Assembly: GCA_964016885.1 (NCBI GenBank)
Contig: OZ024743.1
Location: 151,032,001-151,096,000, forward strand
DNA from: Eledone cirrhosa
Taxonomy: Eukaryota
DNA: 64,000 nucleotides
Direction of reading: 5' to 3'
Shown here: positions 55,297 through 64,000 of the stretch, one piece after another
How the letters are laid out: every line of letters starts with the position of its first letter
How positions within the stretch are numbered: position 1 is the first letter of the stretch
Notes under the pieces: generated by a model
Told to the model about the DNA's origin: nothing
Seen by the model: the letters and a program-made list of their open reading frames with translations, nothing else
The model's database searches: none
Made by a program: the position numbers and the translations under genes

Positions 55297-56519
55297 ATGA
55301 GTATTAACAATCTATTTCTTGTAAATTACATCACTTGTATCTACATCTAGCTGATGACTTGATGTATTAAGCAAAATGTTATGCATAATCACAAGATTCA
55401 GCAGTGAGAATAAGTCATTTGTATTCATAACTTTTGAGATTGTCTTGTATAGCCAGTACACAATTCTCATAAAATTATAGATTAATTTACTCAACAAATA
55501 AATGGAAGTTATGAATAGATTATAAATGAAACTTATTTTTATGCATAATTTATACATTCAACAATTATATTCCTTAAATGGCCTGAGTGAATCAGACAAA
55601 GCTGACTTACTCTCTCAGTAATAAAGAAGTATATTCAATTGATTGGTAATGAAACAAATATCCAAGGATGTGCAGCTGTACTAGGATCACAAAAGATGAT
55701 CTTAAGCAACGTTAATACAAATAGCCTATTCTGAAAATCACATCTTGTGGTGTACACATAGCAGACAGGTAACATGGGTTCAATTTCTATTTATCATTAT
55801 CATCATTAGTATTTTTGTTAGCTTTTCCATGCTGGCATGGGTCAGATGAAACTTTTTGAGGTAATGTTTTACAGTCAGATGCCCTTCCTGATACCAACTC
55901 TTTTAGTTGTGTCTTATATATGGCGTACCTATTCTAAACTGAATTGTGTATTCATTGTCATTCAGAGATGTTTAGTATGTGCGAGAAGGATAAAATCCCA
56001 AACCAGATTCCTCATAGGCAAGAAACAAGTATACACATTCTTCTAGATGAGTATCAATATGGGGATTGGGTGGGGTAGAAATATTGTTAGCATAGAAATA
56101 GGTATATAATGTAAGTCAGAATAACGTGATAGGATAATTTAGCTTAGGACAATACGACATTGCTATTTATCTCTTCAGATTCCCCACTGCATGCTGGGCC
56201 AGTTGAAAAAGAGAAATACCACTTCTATGAGCCACTCATACACTGCCTCGACAACAAATGACATTGATATCAATGTTTTGGCTTGTAATTTTAATGAACA
56301 ATATTGAGAAGCACCAGGATGGATTCTATATTGTGCATAGTTACACTGGCTTCGGTATGAAAAATGAGGTGGGATCAAGATAATTGGAGCTCTGTGATGC
56401 AAATAACTTGACAATTTGCATCAGAGACTTCAAGAAACCTACCAACCACCAGATCTCCCTCCAACACAATTCTTAGATATTTTCATCTTCATTTTTTTCT
56501 CCGATCATTTCAAATAATT

Positions 56520-56697
56520 GTTTCTACTTTTGGCACAAGGCCAGCAATTACTCAGTACATTACTGGTACTTTATTTTATCGACCCCGTAAGGATGAATGG
56601 CAAAGTTAACCTCGGCGGGATTTGAACTCAGAATGGCAAGGGCCGTAACTCTATGCGTCAAAGCATCGGGTCCGACCCTCTACCAATACTGCCAATT
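56520..56697 (-). mobile_element. tRNA-derived SINE
   Basis: TTTTATCGACCCCGTAAGGATGAATGGCAAAGTTAACCTCGGCGGGATTTGAACTCAG. Confidence 0.72.
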
Positions 56698-57346
56698 TCA
56701 AATAATCCAAGCAACATAGAAGTCAAAAATGTTATTTTAAAAGATTTTCAAACTCTAGTCTATTATTCTGAAAACACTTCAAAAATGTTATCATATTAAA
56801 AGATTTTCAAAATCTAGTCTGTTATTCACAAAACATTTCAAACTCTACTTCAGCACATCTACATGACCCTTCTGGCTAATTCATATCACAGTTAAATCCA
56901 CTATTTTTTGAATTATTGGGTCTGCATTGGTACATTACCAATTTTATATAGATTAACTGTGAAAACAAGCCTTGTTCATACAAGCAAGGTAGTTCATATT
57001 AGCAAGGTAGTTTGCTTGAACTGATCAATGTTACAGTTAATTCTCCTTCATTAAGAACATCTTAAAACATGTTAAAAATAAAGTCATTGGTCATAATGGA
57101 AAATGATGCAAATCCAGAATCTACATATTTTATATCAGATCAGACTGCTAGGAAAATATCAATTCAGACAATAGCCATACTCCAGCTGCCAGAATACATT
57201 TTTAAGGCAATTAACTACTAAATACTTTTAATGACAATGGTCATAACCATAAAAAGAATTTTATAAAGTAATAAGAAAGACAATTAAGACAACGTGTGTA
57301 AGAATCTGTGGAAATTAAATTAAAAATCTATAATTAGCAATCTTAC

Positions 57347-57512
57347 TTTGTAGTGTGATGTTAATTTACTAGCTATTTGACAGCATGACAATATTCTCAG
57401 TAGAATTTGTTTCCGCATTCGTTCTTGAACAACAAGCCAATATTTTTTCTTTCTATTCTTTACCGTAGTAAGAACATGTTGATAAAGTTCTTCAGTGTGC
57501 TTATTCATAAAT
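57347..57512 (-). CDS. CNTD1: CNTD1-like coding exon 3 (FMNKHTEELYQ...QILLRILSCCQIASKLTSHYK)
   Basis: CCTTCCAG acceptor, AAA|GTAAGA donor, 166 nt, phase 2 to 0. Matches the CNTD1 motif LRLVSCVQLASKLS. Confidence 0.9.
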
Positions 57513-57981
57513 CTGGAAGGATGATTATTGTATTTTTTAGATAACTACTTTATCTTCATATAAAATATATATATATATATATACAAGACTTTCATATACA
57601 AATAATTCTTAATATCTAAATTATTATGATACCATAAAAAAATGCAATTTAATCAGTGCACACCCATTTAAATTATATTATTATTATTATTATTAATGTA
57701 CATATAATTACTGGATCTTCTAATGCTTGTCAAGTCTGATTAAGAAACTTAGCAGCACTTTTCTGAGTATGTGTGCAGTGCCCAACAAGGCAGTCTTTTG
57801 TAGGAGAGCAATTGTGATTCAAAGTCTATTGGCTCAAGGTAACTTTTCAGTTTGAGTGATATGGAGCCCAATGCTCCAATGACAATTATTAGTATCATCA
57901 TCATCATTAAAAGGGTTTTAAATAAAATATGAATTATTATCTTATCAAAAATGATGTGATTTCTTTTGTCAAAGATGTAAT

Positions 57982-58440
57982 TCTTCTTCTTCACCCACTT
58001 ATTTCTGAGAGGGTCATGGGGGAAAGAGTCCTCAAACACTCCTTCCAGCGGGTCCTGTCAGAAGCAACCATCTCCAACTGATTCGGCTGGATCCCCAATC
58101 GAGACCAACCAAGCTCATGGATGTTATCCAGCCATCTTGCTCGGCGTCTGCACCTGGGTCTCTTGCCGGTTGGTTTTGCCCATAAAATCTGTCCAACCAT
58201 TCTTTCCTGAGAGATTCTAACCACATGCTCATAGTATCGGAGCTATGATCTCTGGGACTCTCTGATCACCGAGCTATGCACTTTATCGAGTAAAGTTATT
58301 CCAAAGACCTTTCAGAGGAATCCTATTTTGGCCGCTTACATTCGCAATCGTATTATTTCGGTCATTACCCAAGATCCATAACCATAGGTAAGTGTGGCAC
58401 CAAAAACCAAATTGAAAATAACAAGTTTGGCTTTTATGCC
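57982..58440 (-). mobile_element. Old 5'-truncated RTE (family E), (GAA)n tail
   Basis: Peptide ...WAKPTGKRPRCRRRARWLDNI...; homologous to 46740-47220. Confidence 0.8.
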
Positions 58441-59206
58441 ATTGACTGCATAAAAAAAGTCATCTACAGGATAGTGAAAACCTTCATTATAAACTACTCC
58501 CCCTTTTTAGCCTTCATCTGATTTATTTTCTACCATTACAGTAATAGCCTCTACTCAGCTTACTTCATGTTATAATTATTTCTATTTAAACTTACATTTA
58601 TAATCTGATAATTTTTCATGCTGATCAATCTTACCTGTCCCCAAAATCCTCACCTCATTTACATATCTTCAGTAAATATTAAGTTATGGATGTCCTTGCA
58701 TTGTTAAAAAGAAATCTAAACCTACATTTCTTACTGAGCTCTAATTTTTTTATTTAAACATTTTTTTTTTTGTTTAGCGATGATTTTATTATGCCAACTA
58801 TATTTTACAAACGGAAGTTATACAATGATGGAAATATTTTAAAAAAGATAAAAACAAATATAAATAGCTCAGAATTAGACATTTATTTAATTAAAATATG
58901 ATTTAACATTTTCAAAATTATCTATAATTCAATAAATGTATTATTATACTGATCGAAGTCCATAGGTTTGTTAGCGTATGAAGACAGTCAATTAAAACAA
59001 CCCTCATACATGACAGGTACAAATTTGACTACACTGGGATTTTAATTCATAGAAAGCAAGAGCAAATTAATTTCTTTTTTAATTAACTTTTTTTATGTTT
59101 ACTACATAACAATAACCTAAATGTTGTAAGGTATTTAGTCAAACATATCATATGTTCTGCCATATTACAACTGTACAAAGAAATAATAGTAACATAATAA
59201 ACATAC

Positions 59207-59310
59207 CTGTCAAATAATTCTGCAGCAAGATACCGAACTTCATCAGAAAGTTTGAATTTTTCACATGTCAAAAATATGAATTCAGCAAAATCACCATATT
59301 TAAAAATACC
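59207..59310 (-). CDS. CNTD1: CNTD1-like coding exon 2 (GIFKYGDFAEFIFLTCEKFKLSDEVRYLAAELFDR)
   Basis: TGCAG acceptor, AG|GTATGT donor, 104 nt, phase 0 to 2. Cyclin-box helix similar to human EFVFLLSEQWCLEKSVSYQAVEILER. Confidence 0.88.
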
Positions 59311-59685
59311 CTGCATTCATTAAAATTATACTTAGTGATTTACACTGAAACTTAAGATGATAATTTATTAATCAGTTTAATGGAAATGTTTAAAGAAACA
59401 TAAATCGTTAAGTTAGTGCTCAGCTATTTATTTCATTCTATCACCATCACACCCACCTCTCCTTCCACCTAACTCTCTGAACTCTGACTTCAAAACCCAC
59501 CAAGGTCAACTTTGCTTTTCATCCTTTCAATCACTCTTTCCCCTTTCCTTCTCTTGAAGAAATCGGGTGTGTTCAGATCTGTAGTGGGAAAAGTGCTTGA
59601 GGCATGCTGTATGCTATTTTGGTGCCTCTACGGCTCCATCAGGAATTTTAGGTCTTTACATACAATTGCAATCACATCAGTGGAT

Positions 59686-60453
59686 ATCATCATCATCATC
59701 GTTTAACGTCCGTGTTCCACGCTTGCATGGGTTTGGACGGGGGTTTTCTCACTTGAGGCAAGAGTGATTGTCTTGCTCGCATAGGACTGTCTGGCGGGTT
59801 TTCTACAGCTGGATGCCCTTCCTAACACCAACCACATTTACAGTGTGGGTCTGGGAGGTTTTTACCGTGTTGCCTACACGGCCACATTACAGCGTGGACT
59901 GTGTGTTTTTTTGTCGTGACACCTACACGATCTCATTTGTTTCGGCCTGGATGTTGTGGCACCAACATAACTTTACATTGAAAGGGGCGGTGTGGATGGG
60001 GTGGGGGTGGTGGGACGGGGGTGTATTTTGTTAGAGATGCCTACTGACTGTAGTAGGTTTTACTTTGTATTTAGGTAAGGCGGGTCTTCTCTATTACTGA
60101 GTACCGCCAAAGGTCTCGGTCCAGTGACATTGTCTTGGAGAGGTGTAAGTGTGTGAGGTCGGAATTTATCAGCTCGTCCCAGGTTTTTCTGGGTTTGCCT
60201 ACTCCGTAGCTACCGTCTATCTTTATTGCCCTGCACTTTGTTATACAGCTGTCGTCTTTCATGCGCATCACGTGACCATACCAACGTAGCCTTCTCTCCA
60301 GTAAACAACATCTGATCCCTCTTATTTCTAATTTTTTCCAAAGTTCGCTTATGCTTTGCCGTTCACGTATGTTACTATTACACATCCAGCGGAGCATGCA
60401 AGCTTCGTTCCTCTCTAGTCTGCGTATATCCTCTGCACACAATGCCCAGGTCT
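59686..60453 (-). mobile_element. 5'-truncated RTE family C copy
   Basis: 123-aa ORF matching the C-terminus of 34087-36048; (GAT)n tail; 5' junction in a short (TA)n. Confidence 0.93.
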
Positions 60454-60469
60454 ATATATATATATATAA

Positions 60470-60635
60470 ACGTGGTTGGTGTTAAGAAGGGCATCCAGCC
60501 GTAGAAAACCTGCCAGACAGTCCTATACGAGCGAGACATGGTCACACGACCAATCTTGCCGCAAGTAGGACAATTCCCATCTAAACCCATGCTACGTGGA
60601 AGATAGACGTTAAATGATGATGATGATGATTATGA
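60470..60635 (+). mobile_element. RTE (family C-related) 3' UTR-only copy, head-to-head with 59686-60453
   Basis: GGTTGGTGTTAAGAAGGGCATCCAGCCGTAGAAAACC...AAACCCATGC..GACGTTAAA(TGA)n. Confidence 0.8.
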
Positions 60636-61028
60636 TATATATATAGATATAGTGAAAACTTGGACGGGAACAAAAACAGAGAGGCAGTACAAACAAAGGT
60701 TAATTAGGTTCACGCTCTTGAGAGTGGGGGGGGATATATATAAAATAATATAAAATAGTTTAGATGAGCTGATAACACAACCATATAAAGGCAAAGAATA
60801 ATTCAAAGCTCAAATGTGATTTTAAAGTCCACAAGATAGGTAAAAGACAAGATGTGCAGACATGTGGTTAGTAAATAATTGTTAGTTATGTTGTTTAATA
60901 GATTCTGAAGAAATCAATACAGTAGAAATGTATTTTCCTATTGTATTGATAGAAACATTTGTAATTATATAATATAATGTAATTTATTTTTGGTTATTTC
61001 TATTCATTTTATTAATATATATATGTCT

Positions 61029-61400
61029 ATGAAAAGATTCACCCCAATGGCTGAGCTCCAGCCTTTTTGACAGCTAGATCCAAACTATGCCATCAGTATT
61101 AGAACAGCAGGAATCTAGCTGAACTTATCAAGGAGTACAGTCCATATATGGGTATGCAGTCAAAGCAAAAAAGAAATTCTGCTTTGAATGTATGCCCATA
61201 TATGGACTGTACGCCTTGATAAGTTTAGCTAGATTCCTGCTGTTCTAATACCGGTCGCTTAGTTCAGATCTAGCTGTCGAAACAGCCGGAGCTCAGCCGT
61301 CAGGGTCCTGAATCTTTTCATATTACCCATTCTACTACCCCAAGTATCGAGTACTCTGGTGGTTTATGGTCTACCTGGTATTTTACCACACCCTATCTGA
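61029..61400. mobile_element. Older palindromic PLE insert (family 5-related) in a short TA tract
   Basis: 61029-61167 is the reverse complement of ~61178-61322; the plus arm continues to 61400 and resembles the 37251/43584 ends. Confidence 0.75.
61211..61306 (+). ncRNA. Type I hammerhead fold with U3-A8 core (UUGAUAA); decayed mirror at 61041-61136
   Basis: ACGCC-TTGATAA-GT..AGCTAGAT...ATCTAGCT.TC-GAAAC-AGCCGGAGCTCAGCC-GTC-AGGGT; several decay mismatches. Confidence 0.6.
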
Positions 61401-61582
61401 TATATATATATATATATATAGATTATCTGTACAATTATTTAACAATCACTAGTGTAAAATGAACCATTTAAATGAAAATGATCAAAATTGTACTGGATAC
61501 ATTTTTTTAATCATTAAAATGTTTAATTTAACAGATTTTGTATCCTATAAGTATTTTTCTATGTTGATAGTTTATAAATTAA

Positions 61583-61785
61583 CCCTTTAGTATTCACATT
61601 ATATTTACTGTTGTATTTTCAAAGAAAAGGCTTTATCTCACATAATATTGAATCTACGAGATTTTGATATTATTTATTTTGAGAACAATACCTTAACATG
61701 AGTATGAGTGGCTGATTACAACTGGTTTGAACTGAAAGAGGTGAGAGAATTCTGGCCGGATATAGCTGGTTTAAATGCTAAAGGG
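61583..61785. mobile_element. piggyBac-like MITE
   Basis: TTAA-CCCTTTAG...CTAAAGGG-TTAA; homologous to 47807-48016. Confidence 0.75.
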
Positions 61786-62597
61786 TTAAGACAAATACAT
61801 GTGACCCTACCATATATTAAACAAAACAACCACATAGAGCTGTTAAAAATGTTAGTACATACTGACATTAATATTAAAACATATTGATAATCTAAAATGA
61901 ATAGCATATAGTTGTGTGGTCAGGAAGTTTGCTTTGCAAATTCCTGGCTTCATGTTCTATCTAACTGTGTGGAACTTTAGCTTTGGGCTGACCAATAACT
62001 TATGAGAGAATTTGTTAGGCAGAAATTGTATGAAGTGAATACTGTGTGTATTTGCATGTTTGTTCTTTTCATTTTCGCATGTGATGCTGTAAGTCACAGT
62101 CTGTGACCACTCATCCAACCCATGCAAGCATGAAAATGGATGTAAAATGATGACAATGATGATAATGATTTTTTAAATTCTATAACTACTCTCATTGGTT
62201 TACAGGGAAGTGGGTTTTAATCACAGCTTGGAGATTTTTTCATGTAGTGTATCTTGGCCAAGACAGCCTGGTGAAATGTGCTTTTTCTGAACTATAATTA
62301 TAGGAGAATTAGAAATTAGTACATAACCTTTTTGTTACCATATTTCTTAAGAAACACACTGCCTATTATTATCAAATAATTTAGAAAATAATCAAGAATA
62401 ATATAACTGAATTTCTCTTTATTAAGAGGGATTTGGGAACACAACTTATCAAAGGTTTCTACATAAAATTATGATGAAAGATTTAAATTTAAATGTAGGC
62501 ACTTTAAAATATACAAAACATGGGCAGTTTCAGTTTGGTATTAAAAGGGTTAAGACTAACAAAATACTCAAAGCTAACAACAACAACAAAAATGTAC

Positions 62598-62762
62598 CAT
62601 GGATGGGTAACAATCAGAAATATTCTTTTCATTCTCGTCATTGAGAGAAGACAACCATTCAAGCAAGATTTCTTTAGTAACACCGGTTATTTTGTGTTGA
62701 AAATAGATATCTGGTGGAGTTCCAAATATATTTTCATTTCCATTCCTTCTTGAAACAGACAT
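62598..62762 (-). CDS. CNTD1: CNTD1/COSA-1-like cyclin N-terminal domain protein, first coding exon (MSVSRRNG...EILLEWLSSLNDENEKNISDCYPSM)
   Basis: ATG at 62762-62760, 55 codons, phase-0 donor ATG|GTACAT. An upstream acceptor (TTTAG at ~62777) implies a further 5' UTR exon. The peptide resembles the N-terminus of vertebrate CNTD1 as I recall it. Confidence 0.75.
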
Positions 62763-62964
62763 ATTTTCTTTATTTTCTAAATTGAGAAATAGCAAATATA
62801 AATGGATTTTAATGTAGACATGGCATAAAGGAATATGCAAGAATAATGACTTAAGTATAAAAGATGAGAAGGGTATATTGTTTGTAAAATAAAACAAATA
62901 TCATAATTATAAGGAAGAATTAAATGATTGATTTGAAAATATAACCAAAAAATACAAAGTATCT

Positions 62965-63077
62965 GATATATGTGTGTATAAACACACATGTAAACAAAAA
63001 ATACAAACAATCTGATATATATCTCTATATATACAGGTGTATACTTATTTTTATATATATTAATAAAAGATCGGAGG

Positions 63078-63130
<53 letters not shown>

Positions 63131-63485
63131 TATACTCATGGAAATTTGAATAATTTTATACACATATATACAATATATAAGCACACATATATGTATATAG
63201 AAATTCAAACACATTTTTATAAGCATAAATTATTTACATATATATGCATGCATATATAGAATGCATACATGTATATATTTACCAACATATATGTTTGTTT
63301 CCACATACACATGTATACATGTGTGTGTGTATGTATACACAAATATACATGTACAAGTATACATATATAGATCTATACACATACATTTATATGTGTGTGT
63401 GTGTATATATACATTACACATTTTAAGTATGTAAGTATATACATATACACGCATACAAATGCAGGTGCATACTTGTGTGTGTATA
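62965..63485. repeat. Low-complexity TA/TG/CA region with pure (TA)n at 63080-63128
   Basis: Directly visible. Confidence 0.85.
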
Positions 63486-64000
63486 GAAAGGGGATGTAAC
63501 CAACTCCCATGTGTTTGTAAACCTTTATTTATAAAGAAGTCCGTGGGGATTTTGACATGAAGACAGTTACATGATAAATTCAAATGTATAGCTAGATGCA
63601 TAGAGCTAGTATTCATTTGTGTTCTGTGTGCTTTAAACCTTATTTGCTTCAGGACAACAGGAGTAATAAACCAGTAATATTTCTTCGATTGGAGAAAATG
63701 TTGAAGAGATGTCACAATTCTTATTGAAAGAAAGAACAGAAAGATAAAGAAATCAAGAAAGAAAAGAAAAATTAAAAAAAGATACTAAAAATTTATTGAA
63801 TTCTTGAAGTTAAGGGAAATCTCATTAAAATACTTTCAGACTTGAAATATATTAAAAACGTAAGCAGTAAAAAAAGGGAGGGAAGAAATATATATTGAGT
63901 TAAAAGAAAAATTTATAAAACACAGATACAATTCTAAAAATTGACAGAAGATGTCTAAATATGTCCTTTTTTGTGTAACTGAGTTACAAGACATGAAAAT

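Overview
Eukaryotic animal genomic DNA, most likely Octopus or another coleoid cephalopod (inferred from the RTE/SINE repertoire). The left ~44 kb is a giant degenerate (TA)n field whose interruptions are almost always a G on the + strand. It is studded with retroelement pieces: two related RTE LINE families carrying a PHD-like finger inside the RT (one near full length, 33698-37213), a third RTE fragment, a near-full-length CR1/L2-type LINE (16172-20540), pieces of a second CR1-like family, and many Penelope-like element (PLE) ends. At least 14 of the PLE ends carry recognisable type I hammerhead ribozyme folds from about five families. Most PLE inserts are head-to-head palindromes with one long arm and one short arm that stops at an internal TA-like motif. 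The largest is a 3.5-kb inverted Naiad-type GIY-YIG element (39141-42657). The right ~20 kb holds five minus-strand coding exons of a CNTD1/COSA-1-like meiotic cyclin gene. Its introns contain SINEs, piggyBac-like MITEs, old RTEs and a deleted Gypsy LTR element in a four-layer nest. The last CNTD1 exons were not found, so the TA/retroelement field may lie inside one intron. All calls were made by eye; no searches or folding programs were run.
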